Part shown: one piece after another, positions 9,789 to 20,144 of the stretch
Position numbering within the stretch: the first letter of the stretch is position 1
Layout of the letters: the number at the start of each line of letters is the position of its first letter
Assembly: GCA_028706005.1 (NCBI GenBank)
Contig: JAQWCI010000001.1
Location: 1 to 55,171, forward strand
Direction: 5' to 3'
Length of the DNA: 55,171 nucleotides
Origin: Lachnospiraceae bacterium
GTDB lineage: Bacteria > Bacillota > Clostridia > Lachnospirales > Lachnospiraceae
Position numbers and translations under genes: made by a program
The notes under the pieces: generated by a model
Database searches by the model: none
Told to the model about the DNA's origin: nothing
Seen by the model: only the letters and a program-made list of their open reading frames with translations

Positions 9789-11777
9789 ATGATGATACTC
9801 GCATGTAATCACATCAGTAAAGCGTTTCTTGAGAAACCGATTCTCACTGATGTCACATTTCAGATAGAAAAATTTGAAAAAGTCGCCCTCGTCGGTATAA
9901 ACGGGGCCGGCAAGACCACGCTGCTCAGAATAATAATGGGAGATCTGATTCCTGACTCTGGAACTGTTACAAGAACGCGTGATCTCACGGTAGGTTACCT
10001 CGCACAGATCCAGAACGTTAATTCTGAGAATACGATCCGTGAAGAGCTTACCAGTGTCAGGCAGCCGATAATAGACATGGAGAACAAGCTCACTCAATAT
10101 GAGAAAGACATGGCTGTCGAAAAAGGTGCAGCGCTTACTTCTCTTGTTGATGACTATAACCTTCTGCAGGACAGGTTCAAGATCCTCGGCGGCTACGGCT
10201 GGCGCGGAGAAGTCAACGGTATCCTCAAAGGACTCTCTTTTGATGGAGATGCTGCAGATCAGAAAATATCAACACTTTCAGGCGGTGAGAAAACAAGAGT
10301 CGCACTTGGAAAACTACTGCTCCAGCGCCCTGATCTTATAATTCTTGATGAGCCGACTAACCACCTCGACATCACCTCTATTCAGTGGCTCGAAGGCTTC
10401 CTGGTCTCATATAAAGGAGCAGTTCTTATTGTCTCACATGACCGCTATTTCCTTGACCGCATAGTCACAAAAGTCGTTGAGCTGGAGAACACAAGATCGA
10501 CTGTTTTCACCGGCAATTACAGCTTCTATGCAGAGCAGAAGAAAAAGCTCCGCGATGAAGCCATGCACAGTTATCTCTGCAATCAGGCTGAAATAAAGCA
10601 TCAGGAAGAAGTCATAACCAAGCTCAAACAGTTCAACCGTGAGAAATCAATAAAACGTGCTGAGAGCCGTGAGAAAATGCTGGGCAAAATGACAGTCATC
10701 GATAAGCCTCAGGAGCTGAATGACGAGATGCGCATAAAGCTCACGCCATGCATCCAGAGTGGCCGCGAAGTCCTGCATGTTGAGGATCTCGCAATGTCAT
10801 TTGACAACAATGAATTGTTTAAAGGCGTTTCCTTTGATATAAGACGCGGTGAACATGTAGCCCTCATTGGCAATAACGGAACAGGCAAAACTACTATTCT
10901 CCGCATTATCAATGGCCTTCTTGCACCTCTCCAGGGTGAAATCCGCACAGGGGTAAATGTTCACATCGGTTACTATGATCAGGAACATCACGTCCTGAAC
11001 GATAATAATACTGTTTTTGAGGAGATTTCGGACAGCTATCCCGATATGAACAACACGAAGATACGCAATATCCTTGCAGCATTTCTCTTTACGGGAGAAG
11101 ATGTTTTCAAAAAGATATCTTCTCTTTCAGGCGGAGAAAAAGGCCGTGTCTCCCTGGCAAAACTTATGCTCTCAGAGGCAAACCTTCTGATCCTTGATGA
11201 GCCGACGAACCATCTTGACGTCGTTTCAAAGGAAGTTCTTGAAAATGCTCTGAATTCATATGAAGGAACCGTCTTCTATGTATCACATGACCGTTACTTC
11301 ATAAATCACACAGCCAGCCGCATACTCTCTCTCACACATGAAGTCATACTGGATTATCCCGGGAACTCAGACATTGAAGCTCCGGAATGTTATATAGGAA
11401 ACTATGATCACTATATTGAAAAATCCGGAGAGATCGAGAACTCACTTCTTGAAAATGCAGGTGTCACGGATGATGCTGCTTCAAAAAAAGCCGGCGATTC
11501 TGACATGACATATTCTTCTGTTTCCGACAACGGAGCTATGAACTGGAAAGCAATGAAGGAAAATCAGGCCAGGGAACGCAAAAGAGAAAATGACCTGAAG
11601 AAATGTGAGCAGGAAATCTCATGCCTGGAATCACGCAACAGTGCAATTGATGAAGAAATGGCACTGCCAGAGAACTGCACCGATATTGGCAGGCTCAGCA
11701 AATTGAATAAAGAAAAGACTTCCAACGAGGAAAAGTTGGAAGCCCTTTATGAACAATGGGAAATGCTTTCAGAATAA
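9789..11777 (+). CDS. ABC-F family ATPase (YdiF/Uup-like)
   Basis: Two ABC domains (GINGAGKTT, GNNGTGKTT, LSGGEK twice, LDEPTNHLD twice), no TM segments, C-terminal coiled coil. Confidence 0.93.
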   Translation: MMILACNHISKAFLEKPILTDVTFQIEKFEKVALVGINGAGKTTLLRIIMGDLIPDSGTVTRTRDLTVGYLAQIQNVNSENTIREELTSVRQPIIDMENKLTQYEKDMAVEKGAALTSLVDDYNLLQDRFKILGGYGWRGEVNGILKGLSFDGDAADQKISTLSGGEKTRVALGKLLLQRPDLIILDEPTNHLDITSIQWLEGFLVSYKGAVLIVSHDRYFLDRIVTKVVELENTRSTVFTGNYSFYAEQKKKLRDEAMHSYLCNQAEIKHQEEVITKLKQFNREKSIKRAESREKMLGKMTVIDKPQELNDEMRIKLTPCIQSGREVLHVEDLAMSFDNNELFKGVSFDIRRGEHVALIGNNGTGKTTILRIINGLLAPLQGEIRTGVNVHIGYYDQEHHVLNDNNTVFEEISDSYPDMNNTKIRNILAAFLFTGEDVFKKISSLSGGEKGRVSLAKLMLSEANLLILDEPTNHLDVVSKEVLENALNSYEGTVFYVSHDRYFINHTASRILSLTHEVILDYPGNSDIEAPECYIGNYDHYIEKSGEIENSLLENAGVTDDAASKKAGDSDMTYSSVSDNGAMNWKAMKENQARERKRENDLKKCEQEISCLESRNSAIDEEMALPENCTDIGRLSKLNKEKTSNEEKLEALYEQWEMLSE

Positions 11778-11795
11778 TCAGTTATTTCAGAGCGA

Positions 11796-13004
11796 TCAGA
11801 TCAGTTTACCCAGTTCGTCTCTGACTGCAAGAATGAATCCTTCCGTATCGAGTTTCTGAACATTCTTATTAGTTGTAATAAGTGCGAGGTCACCTGTCAT
11901 TTTGCCTGACTCAATCGTATTTATCACTGCCTTATCAAGACAATCCGCGAAATGAACGAGCTCATTTATTCCGTCGAGCTCTCCTCTCTTCCTGAGCGCA
12001 CCTGTCCAGGCGTAAATCGTAGCCACCGAATTCGTGCTTGTTTTCTCTCCCTTAAGGTACTTGTAGTAGTGACGCTGCACAGTCCCATGCGCCGCCTCAT
12101 ATTCATAATTTCCATCGGGCGAAACAAGTATGGATGTCATCATAGCGAGAGATCCGAATGCAGTAGCCATCATGTCGCTCATAACATCACCGTCATAATT
12201 CTTGAGTGCCCAGACAAAACCACCTTCTGACCTTATGACACGCGCGACCGCATCATCGATCAGCGTGTAGAAATAAGTCGTTCCGATAGCGTCCATCTTT
12301 TCCTTATATTCTGCATCATAGAGATTCTGGAAGATATCGCGGAATCTCGCATCATATGTTTTGGAAATAGTGTCCTTTGTTGAGAACCATAAGTCCTGTT
12401 TTACACTCAGCGCATAATTGAAGCATGAGCGTGCAAAACTTTCTATAGAATCATCTTTATTGTGCATTCCCTGAATGATGCCGGGACCTTTGAAATCAAA
12501 TATTGTCTGTCTTGATTCCCTGCCGTCCTCACCTGTGAAAACAAGCTCTGCCTTACCTGCTCCAGGCACTCTGAATTCTGTGTTTCTGTACACATCGCCG
12601 TATGCATGTCTTGCAAGTGTTATAGGCTTCTTCCATGAACGGACATAAGGCTCAATGCCGCTTACAAGGATCGGAGCGCGGAAAACCGTTCCATCAAGAA
12701 TTGCACGGATCGTGCCGTTGGGGCTTCTGTACATTCTTTTGAGACCGTACTCTTTTACTCTCGCATCATTAGGAGTTATTGTCGCACACTTAACTGAAAC
12801 ACCATATTTCTTTGCTGCTTCAGCTGCTTCCGTCGTAATTCTGTCATCAGTCTCGTCTCTCTTTTTAAGACCGAGATCATAATACTCTGTTTTGAGATCG
12901 ATATATGGAATAAGCAGATCATCTTTGATCATCTGCCATATGATCCTTGTCATTTCATCCCCGTCCATTTCGACGAGTGGTGTCTTCATCTGAATCTTTG
13001 CCAT
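11796..13004 (-). CDS. icd: NADP-dependent isocitrate dehydrogenase (type II)
   Basis: [44 protein letters not shown]. Confidence 0.96.
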   Translation of the reverse strand: MAKIQMKTPLVEMDGDEMTRIIWQMIKDDLLIPYIDLKTEYYDLGLKKRDETDDRITTEAAEAAKKYGVSVKCATITPNDARVKEYGLKRMYRSPNGTIRAILDGTVFRAPILVSGIEPYVRSWKKPITLARHAYGDVYRNTEFRVPGAGKAELVFTGEDGRESRQTIFDFKGPGIIQGMHNKDDSIESFARSCFNYALSVKQDLWFSTKDTISKTYDARFRDIFQNLYDAEYKEKMDAIGTTYFYTLIDDAVARVIRSEGGFVWALKNYDGDVMSDMMATAFGSLAMMTSILVSPDGNYEYEAAHGTVQRHYYKYLKGEKTSTNSVATIYAWTGALRKRGELDGINELVHFADCLDKAVINTIESGKMTGDLALITTNKNVQKLDTEGFILAVRDELGKLI

Positions 13005-13041
13005 TATTGTTTTACTCCTTATGCTGATTTTTTTGGGATGG

Positions 13042-13770
13042 TCAGTCTTCTATCTCAGGATGATCCATGCTTTCATCGCCGCTGCTGTTACCTGTGGCAT
13101 CGAGCAGACCGTTCTTCACCATGTTGTTATAGGCCTTTATCATGTGTTCATGGGCAAGCTTTTCAGCAAGGTCAGCATTGCCGGCCTTGATGGCTTCCAT
13201 AAGAGCACGGTGTTCCTTGTTAGATTCGGTGCTCCTGTTAACGGTGGAGAGTGTCTTCTGTCTTACACGCTGGACGTACTGATGATAGTCGACCAGAAGG
13301 TGCTCGAGCATTTTGGAATTGCAGGCTTCGTACATAATATGGTGGAAACGGTTATCAAGCTCTGTGATCTGATCAAGATGACCTTTTCCGGCATGGAATT
13401 CAGCCAGATATACATTCTCTTCCATTTCATCGAGCTGCTCTTTCGTAATATTGGCTGTCGCCCATCTTGCGCAGAGACCTTCGAGCCTTGATCTTATCAT
13501 ATAGATATCTCTTACATCCTTGGCGCTGATACCTGTAACATAAGCTCCACGGTTCGGAATTATCTGTATGAGTCCTTCAAGCTCAAGCTGACGAAAGGCT
13601 TCTCTTACAGGTGTTCTTGACACGCCCATTTCCTCGCCGATCGCGACTTCCTTGAGTTCTTCGTGTTCCTTGTACTTGCCGCTCAGAATATCCTCTCTGA
13701 TCTTGCTGAAAACTCTTCCTCTCAGAGAATACTTATCACTGACTTCATTCTTTACATCATATTCATTCAT
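13042..13770 (-). CDS. GntR/FadR-family regulator with FCD domain
   Basis: [20 protein letters not shown] motifs DNRFH and EH..LM.AI. Start set at MNEYD. Confidence 0.92.
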   Translation of the reverse strand: MNEYDVKNEVSDKYSLRGRVFSKIREDILSGKYKEHEELKEVAIGEEMGVSRTPVREAFRQLELEGLIQIIPNRGAYVTGISAKDVRDIYMIRSRLEGLCARWATANITKEQLDEMEENVYLAEFHAGKGHLDQITELDNRFHHIMYEACNSKMLEHLLVDYHQYVQRVRQKTLSTVNRSTESNKEHRALMEAIKAGNADLAEKLAHEHMIKAYNNMVKNGLLDATGNSSGDESMDHPEIED

Positions 13771-13812
13771 AGTAACTCCCAATGAGATGCCTCATTGCAT
13801 CCCCCTGAAAAA

Positions 13813-15237
13813 TCAATCATTTGCCTGTGTCAGACTTACGCCGGATTCTGTGGCTGTTTTATCAACAATCTTCTCAAGTTCTTCATCGGTCATCACAGTG
13901 ACGCGGCCTTCAGCATATTGCTCATCGACCCATTCCTTGACATGGCCTACGAGACTGTCCTGTTTGCTGACCTGTCTTTCTTTTGGAAGACTGTAATAAT
14001 TGTTTATCCAAAGCGCTATACCGGCAAGCCCGGATGTGTTGGAAACAGCGGCCACAGGCGGCTTCTTCAGGAATTTTCCGGTATCAAAAATATTATAGAT
14101 CTCTTCATTTTTGAGAAGTCCGTCAGCGTGTATGCCGGCTCTTGTAACATTGAAGCTCTTTCCTACAAAAGGTGTCATCGGAGGTATTGAATAACCAATC
14201 TCTTTTTCATAGTAGTTGGCCAGATCAGTTATTACTGTCGCATCCATACCATTGAGGTTGCCCTTGAACTGGGCATATTCGAAGACCATAGCTTCAAGAG
14301 GTGTGTTGCCCGTGCGTTCTCCTATACCAAAGAGTGATGAATTGACACCACAGCAACCATAGAGCCAGGCGGTAGAAGCATTTGTAACAGCTTTGTAAAA
14401 ATCGTTGTGACCGTGCCATTCCATGTTCTCGTTAGGAACTCCGGCATGAGTATGGAGCGCATAAATAATCCCGGGTACCGAGCGTGGAATAACTGCGCCG
14501 GGATAATTGACTCCATATCCCATAGTATCACAGGCTCTGACCTTGATGGGTATCTTGTACTCATCCTGAAGTTTCATGAGTTCAAGGCAGAAAGGTACTA
14601 CATAACCATATATATCAGATCTTGTAATGTCTTCAAGATGACACCTGGGGCTTATTCCTTCTTCGAGACAGTCACGGACTATTGTCAGATAATGTTCCAT
14701 TGCTTCTTTGCGCGACATCTTAAGCTTCAGGAATATATGGTAATCTGAGCAGGAAACAAGAATTCCAGTCTCTTTCATTCCGATTTCCCTGACAAGCTTG
14801 AAGTCTTCACCGCTTGCTCTTATCCAGCTCGTCACCTCAGGGAACTTGTATCCGCGTTCCATACACTTGTACACAGCATCTCTGTCTTTCTTACTGTAGA
14901 GGAAGAACTCGCTGGCTCTTATCATTCCGTTCGGACCGCCGAGTCTGTGAAGCTCATCATAAATATGAACGATCTGGTCGGTCGTATAAGGAGCTCTTGA
15001 CTGTTGCCCGTCACGGAACGTGGTATCTGTTATCCAGATATCCTTCGGCATATTGTGGGGCACAGTTCTGTCGTTGAAAGGAATCTTGGGAATCTCTTCA
15101 TATGGAAACATATTCCTGAAAACATTCGGCTTCTTGACGTCGTCAAGAATATACATATGCTCCTGTATCTGGAGCAGATTGTTGTGGTTGTTCATCGCAA
15201 CCGGCCGATTTTCAAACGCATCGGGATCACTGATCAT
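13813..15237 (-). CDS. Probable Re-citrate synthase (isopropylmalate synthase/DRE-TIM family)
   Basis: TDTTFRDGQQS, HGHNDF, GIGERTGN, RAGIHADG. Lacks a LeuA regulatory domain and sits in an operon with icd. Start set at MISD, downstream of GGAGG. Confidence 0.82.
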   Translation of the reverse strand: MISDPDAFENRPVAMNNHNNLLQIQEHMYILDDVKKPNVFRNMFPYEEIPKIPFNDRTVPHNMPKDIWITDTTFRDGQQSRAPYTTDQIVHIYDELHRLGGPNGMIRASEFFLYSKKDRDAVYKCMERGYKFPEVTSWIRASGEDFKLVREIGMKETGILVSCSDYHIFLKLKMSRKEAMEHYLTIVRDCLEEGISPRCHLEDITRSDIYGYVVPFCLELMKLQDEYKIPIKVRACDTMGYGVNYPGAVIPRSVPGIIYALHTHAGVPNENMEWHGHNDFYKAVTNASTAWLYGCCGVNSSLFGIGERTGNTPLEAMVFEYAQFKGNLNGMDATVITDLANYYEKEIGYSIPPMTPFVGKSFNVTRAGIHADGLLKNEEIYNIFDTGKFLKKPPVAAVSNTSGLAGIALWINNYYSLPKERQVSKQDSLVGHVKEWVDEQYAEGRVTVMTDEELEKIVDKTATESGVSLTQAND

Positions 15238-15281
15238 AGTTTCCGCATCCTCCATACTTTCTGATTGAGCAGTTGTGTATC

Positions 15282-15310
15282 ATTGTATACATCGGAACAG
15301 ATAAAGTCAA
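15282..15310 (-). promoter_or_regulatory. Sigma-A promoter of the citrate synthase operon with TGTATACA palindrome over the -10
   Basis: TTGACT(15310-15305)-17 nt-TACAAT(15287-15282). Palindrome TGTATACA at 15284-15291. Confidence 0.65.
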
Positions 15311-15314
15311 CGAT

Positions 15315-15369
15315 AACAAAAGACACTTCCTGCACCATGCTGTGTGCTGCGCATTATGGAGGAAGTGCC
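15315..15369 (-). terminator. Intrinsic terminator after leuS
   Basis: CACTTCCT...AGGAAGTG stem followed by TCTTTTGTT on minus strand. Confidence 0.6.
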
Positions 15370-15415
15370 TTGCAATCAGTCAAAACAAGTAATACCGATA
15401 AGTATTATTCAACTG

Positions 15416-17818
15416 TTATTTTGCAACAATATTAACGATCTTTCCTGGAACATAGATTTCTTTTATTATATTTCCAGTGAGCTTGTCGCCCAGTTCTTTT
15501 TTAGCCATCGCAATTACTTCATCTTTGCCGAGGTCTACCGGGATTGTGATCTTGGCCTTGAGTTTTCCGTTTACCTGTACTGCTATCTCTTTCGATTCTT
15601 CCTTAAGAGCTTCCTTATCAGCTTCAGGCCATTCTGTATGGAAAACAGAATCTTTTCCGCCCATTCTCTGCCAGAGTTCCTCTCCTATATGAGGCGCAAA
15701 CGGAGAAATGAGCTGCGCTGCTGTGCGAAGCGTCTCGCGATCCATATTTCCTGCAGCGACCATCTTATTCGTGTATTCCATGAAACCTGAAACAACAGTG
15801 TTGAGACTGAAATTTCCAAGACGCTGGGAAATATCATTGATAAGGCCATGTCTTATCCTGAGTGTATCTGCCGTTTCAGGATAATTGCCTTCATACTGAT
15901 CATTGCACATGTTCCAGAATTTTCTGAGGAAGCGGTTTACACCGTCTATACCTCTGTCATCCCATGCTGCATCCTGCTGAGGCGGTCCTATGAAGAGCTC
16001 ATACATCCTGAGTGAGTCGCATCCGTAATCACGGATCATATCATCAGGTGATACAACGTTTCCAAGCGATTTTGACATCTTAATGCCTTTGGGGCCAAGA
16101 ATCATTCCCTGATTGAAAAGCTTGTGGAAAGGCTCATCAAAATCAATAACTCCTATATCATGCAGGAATTTCGTGTAAAACCTTGAGTAAAGAAGGTGAA
16201 GGACTGCATGCTCAACTCCTCCTATATACATATCAACAGGGAGGTATTTGTCAGCCTTTTCACGGCTTACAAGCTCCTTGTCATTATTCACATCGATGTA
16301 ACGAAGGAAATACCATGAAGATCCCGCCCACTGAGGCATGGTGTTAGTTTCACGTTTTGCCGGGCCACCGCAGCAAGGGCATGTGGTGTTGACCCAGCTG
16401 TCAATAGCGGCAAGTGGTGATTCACCAGTGTCTGTAGGCTGATATGACTCGACCCTGGGAAGCATCACAGGAAGCTGGTCTTCGGGTACAGGAACAGCGC
16501 CGCACTTCGGGCAGTGAATGATCGGAATGGGCTCGCCCCAGTATCTCTGCCTTGAGAATACCCAGTCACGAAGCTTGTAGTTGACGGTCTTCTTGCCAAA
16601 ACCCATCTTCTCGATGATTTCCGGTGCTTCCTTCTTGAGTTCTTCAGACTTGCGGCCTGACCAGTCACCTGAATTAATCATTGTACCAACAGCGGCAACA
16701 TAAGGCTCCGTCATATCTTTCATGTCACTGCCATCAGGACTGATAACAGGAATGATGGGCAGGTCAAATTTCCTGGCAAATTCCCAGTCTCTCTCATCAT
16801 GTGCTGGAACACACATGATCGCACCTGTGCCATAATCAGCGAGCACATAATCAGAGATCCAGATCTGAACTCTTTCTTTACTCAGCGGATCAATAGCATA
16901 AGAGCCTGTCCAGACACCGGTCTTGTCCTTATTCTGAACACGGTCAACATTTGACTTATTTGCAGCTTCTGCGCAGTATTTCTCTACAGCATCTTTCTGC
17001 TCCGCGGTCGTGAGTTCCTTTACCATGTCATGCTCAGGTGAGAGCACCATAAATGTCGCGCCGTAAAGAGTATCCGGGCGTGTGGTATATACAGTTATCT
17101 TCTTGTCGGAATTTTCGACAGGAAACTGGACTTCCGCACCGTAAGAGCGGCCAATCCACTCCGTCTGCATTTTCTTGACTTTTTCAGGCCATTCAAGGTC
17201 ATTAAGCCCATCGAGAAGTCTGTCAGCATATGCTGTAATCTTCAGCATCCACTGACGCAGATCTTTCTTTGTTACTTCTGCTCCGCATCTTTCACATTTG
17301 CCGTCTACGACTTCCTCATTTGCAAGGACAGCCTTGCAGCTGGGGCACCAGTTGAGCGGCATCTTTTTCTCATATGCAAGACCATGTTTGAACATCTGAA
17401 CAAAGATCCACTGAGTCCACTTATAGAACTTCGGATCAGTTGTGTTAAGCTCCATGTCCCAATCATAAATGGCACCGATCTGTTTTACCTGGCGCTTGAT
17501 ATTACTGACATTATTTGCAGTCGAGATAGATGGGTGCTGTCCTGTTTTTATGGCATAGTTCTCTGCAGGAAGCCCAAAAGCGTCCCATCCCATGGGGTGT
17601 ATTACATATCTTCCATGCATCAGCTGATAACGGCTCCATACATCGGAAATAACATAACCTCTCCAGTGACCTACATGTAGTCCGGCTCCGGAAGGATATG
17701 GAAACATATCAAGGCAATAATATTTGGGTTTCTTGCCGTCGTTTACATTTATGGGGTTTTCTTCCCAGTTCCTGCGCCACTTTTCTTCTACTTCCAGATG
17801 GTTATAAGGTTCCGCCAT
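15416..17818 (-). CDS. leuS: Leucine--tRNA ligase
   Basis: MFPYPSGAGLHVGH, YTTRPDTL, GTGAIMCVPAHD, RDWVFSRQRYWG, KMSKS. Confidence 0.98.
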   Translation of the reverse strand: MAEPYNHLEVEEKWRRNWEENPINVNDGKKPKYYCLDMFPYPSGAGLHVGHWRGYVISDVWSRYQLMHGRYVIHPMGWDAFGLPAENYAIKTGQHPSISTANNVSNIKRQVKQIGAIYDWDMELNTTDPKFYKWTQWIFVQMFKHGLAYEKKMPLNWCPSCKAVLANEEVVDGKCERCGAEVTKKDLRQWMLKITAYADRLLDGLNDLEWPEKVKKMQTEWIGRSYGAEVQFPVENSDKKITVYTTRPDTLYGATFMVLSPEHDMVKELTTAEQKDAVEKYCAEAANKSNVDRVQNKDKTGVWTGSYAIDPLSKERVQIWISDYVLADYGTGAIMCVPAHDERDWEFARKFDLPIIPVISPDGSDMKDMTEPYVAAVGTMINSGDWSGRKSEELKKEAPEIIEKMGFGKKTVNYKLRDWVFSRQRYWGEPIPIIHCPKCGAVPVPEDQLPVMLPRVESYQPTDTGESPLAAIDSWVNTTCPCCGGPAKRETNTMPQWAGSSWYFLRYIDVNNDKELVSREKADKYLPVDMYIGGVEHAVLHLLYSRFYTKFLHDIGVIDFDEPFHKLFNQGMILGPKGIKMSKSLGNVVSPDDMIRDYGCDSLRMYELFIGPPQQDAAWDDRGIDGVNRFLRKFWNMCNDQYEGNYPETADTLRIRHGLINDISQRLGNFSLNTVVSGFMEYTNKMVAAGNMDRETLRTAAQLISPFAPHIGEELWQRMGGKDSVFHTEWPEADKEALKEESKEIAVQVNGKLKAKITIPVDLGKDEVIAMAKKELGDKLTGNIIKEIYVPGKIVNIVAK

Positions 17819-17863
17819 ATATGACCTCCACGTCACTTACATATGTAAAACTCAACGTCCCTA

Positions 17864-17892
17864 ATTCTACCCACGATAGGCGCAGGTGTCAA
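17864..17892 (-). promoter_or_regulatory. Sigma-A promoter of leuS
   Basis: TTGACA(17892-17887)-17 nt-TAGAAT(17869-17864). Confidence 0.7.
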
Positions 17893-17919
17893 TTGAGAGT
17901 GTGCCTTAAGTTCTCATAT

Positions 17920-17956
17920 AATAAAAATCCGGACTGCTGTGAACTGCAGCCCGGAC
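17920..17956 (-). terminator. Intrinsic terminator after the EF-G paralogue
   Basis: TCCGGGCTGC-AGTTCACA-GCAGTCCGGA-TTTTTATT. Confidence 0.75.
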
Positions 17957-17993
17957 AAATATTACAGTCAAAACAATTAAATGGATCCCGGTA

Positions 17994-20087
17994 TCAGCCT
18001 TCCGCGTAGCCCTCTGCTACCTTGGAAGCTCTCGCCTCGACCTCAGCGTTCTGGATATCAGCAGGTGCCTGCTCGTATCTGGAGAATTCGTAGGTATAGT
18101 CTCCGCGTCCGCCTGTCATTGATCTGAGGACAGTACAATAGTCGAAGAGTTCCATCTGAGGAACATCTGCGTCAACAGTTTGTTTTCCGCCCTGCAAAGG
18201 AGTCATTCCGAGCACGCGGCCTCTGCGTTTGTTGAGGTCACCCATCACATCACCTGTGTATGCATCCGGAACTGTTACATGGAGAGAAACTATGGGCTCC
18301 ATAAGTACAGGACCTGCTTCCATGAATCCCTTCTTGAATGCCTGTCTTGCGGCTGTCTTGAAAGCCATTTCAGAAGAATCTACCGGATGATATGAGCCAT
18401 CATACAGGACGGCCTTAACACCGACGACAGGATATGCTGCAAGAGGCCCTCTGTCAACAGATTCCGCAACTCCCTTTTCAACTGCAGGGAAATAGTTCTT
18501 CGGTACTGAACCGCCGACAACTTCTTCTGAAAATTCATATGGCTCCTGCATATTTCCTGAGGGCCCGAATTTCATCTTTACATGTCCATACTGACCATGA
18601 CCGCCTGTCTGTTTCTTGTATTTGTACTCAACATCAGAGTTTTTCTTGATAGTCTCACGGAACGCTACCTTCGGCTTCTCGGTCTCGATTTCGACCTTGT
18701 ACTCTTCTTTCAGGCGATCCTTGACAACGTCAAGCTGCAGATCTCCCATTCCATAGAGAAGAGTCTGGTGGTTCTCGGAATCATTTAGAGCCTTGAAAGT
18801 GGGATCCTCAGCCATAATCTTTGTGAGTGCCTGCTGGACTTTGTCGATCTCATCCTTATTCTTCGCACGATATCTGATATAGGTGTACGGAGTGGAAATA
18901 TCCATAGGAGCATATTGAACAGGATTAGCCTTTGTGGAAAGCGTGTCACCTGTCATGGCATTTCCAAACTTGGCAAGAGCGCCCAGATCACCGGCATGAA
19001 GCTCAGGCACTTCTGTAGCTTTGTTGCCCATCATTGTGTAGATCTTGCCGATCTTGGCTTCTTCTGTAGTCCTTGAGTTATAAACAAGATCATCAGTCTT
19101 AAGGACACCGGAGCGGACCTTTATAAGGCTGTAGCGGCCGATGTACGGGTCAACAATTGTTTTGAAAATAAAGGCGGTCTTGGGTTTGGCAAAATCAAAA
19201 TCAGCCTCGAAGATCTCATTTGTTTTGAGATTGATGCCGTTCATCTTGCGGGACTCGGCACTCGGGAGGTATTTCACAATATCATCGAGCAGTGTATAGA
19301 CGCCCTTGCACTCGATGCCTGACCCCATCTCGACCGGAACTATCGAACCGTCAAGAATATTGTTCCTGACAGCCGCACGGATCTCAGCCTCTGAGAATGT
19401 GTCACCGGAGAAATATCTGTCCATGAATTCTTCAGAAGTCTCAGCGACAGCTTCCATCAGTGTATCGCGGTACTGATTCATGTATTCGACGTTGTAATCC
19501 GGAACATCGCAGGGAACAGCATCCTTGCCTTCATAGCGGAAGCCCTTCTCCTGTATTACGTTTACGTATCCGACAAGCTTCTCATTCTCACGGATAGGAA
19601 GGTTGAACGGTGCAATTCTCTTGCCGTATTTCTCGGTCAGTTTGTCGATGACATCACGATAAGACGCAGTGTCGATATCCATGTCGGTTACAAATATCAT
19701 TCTGGGCAGATTGTATTTCTCACATATATCCCATGCCTTCTCTGCGCCGACCTGAAGACCGTCTTTGCCTGAAATGACGATGATCGCAGCGTCAGCAACG
19801 CTTATTGCCTGCTCGACTTCACCTATGAAATCAAAATAACCAGGAGTATCAAGAATGTTAATTTTATAATCATTCCACTCAATGGGGAGAAGTGATGTAT
19901 TAAGTGAAATTCCACGTTTCTGTTCAATTTTATCAAAGTCACTAACTGTATTTCCATCAGTGATACTTCCAAGTCTGGACGTAACTCCTGCCAGATAACA
20001 CATGGCTTCACTCAAAGTCGTCTTGCCTGCGCTGCCGTGGCCGAGCAGAACAACGTTCCTGATCTTGTCTGTTGTATAAACCTTCAT
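17994..20087 (-). CDS. Elongation factor G paralogue (EF-G2/FusA-like)
   Basis: Full EF-G architecture: GHGSAGKTT, GMGDLQLDV, KKQTGGHGQYG, DGSYHPVDSSEMAF, LRSMTGGRG. Not in the str operon; G3 and G4 motifs non-canonical. Start MKVY after GGAGG. Confidence 0.9.
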   Translation of the reverse strand: MKVYTTDKIRNVVLLGHGSAGKTTLSEAMCYLAGVTSRLGSITDGNTVSDFDKIEQKRGISLNTSLLPIEWNDYKINILDTPGYFDFIGEVEQAISVADAAIIVISGKDGLQVGAEKAWDICEKYNLPRMIFVTDMDIDTASYRDVIDKLTEKYGKRIAPFNLPIRENEKLVGYVNVIQEKGFRYEGKDAVPCDVPDYNVEYMNQYRDTLMEAVAETSEEFMDRYFSGDTFSEAEIRAAVRNNILDGSIVPVEMGSGIECKGVYTLLDDIVKYLPSAESRKMNGINLKTNEIFEADFDFAKPKTAFIFKTIVDPYIGRYSLIKVRSGVLKTDDLVYNSRTTEEAKIGKIYTMMGNKATEVPELHAGDLGALAKFGNAMTGDTLSTKANPVQYAPMDISTPYTYIRYRAKNKDEIDKVQQALTKIMAEDPTFKALNDSENHQTLLYGMGDLQLDVVKDRLKEEYKVEIETEKPKVAFRETIKKNSDVEYKYKKQTGGHGQYGHVKMKFGPSGNMQEPYEFSEEVVGGSVPKNYFPAVEKGVAESVDRGPLAAYPVVGVKAVLYDGSYHPVDSSEMAFKTAARQAFKKGFMEAGPVLMEPIVSLHVTVPDAYTGDVMGDLNKRRGRVLGMTPLQGGKQTVDADVPQMELFDYCTVLRSMTGGRGDYTYEFSRYEQAPADIQNAEVEARASKVAEGYAEG

Positions 20088-20144
20088 GTTTTCCTCCATG
20101 CCTGAATTTATTTGAGCCGCCGTCGCCAGCTGACTCACGAGAAT

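Noticed and set aside
9789-11777. Antibiotic-resistance ABC-F
   Set aside because: Position next to rex matches the housekeeping YdiF-type locus; no mobile context.
13813-15255. leuA (2-isopropylmalate synthase)
   Set aside because: No C-terminal regulatory domain and no leuBCD; operon with icd favours Re-citrate synthase.
17994-20087. Tetracycline ribosomal protection protein or canonical fusA
   Set aside because: Length and domain IV/V motifs are EF-G-like rather than TetM-like; the canonical DTPGH/NKMD motifs and rpsL-rpsG-tuf context are absent.
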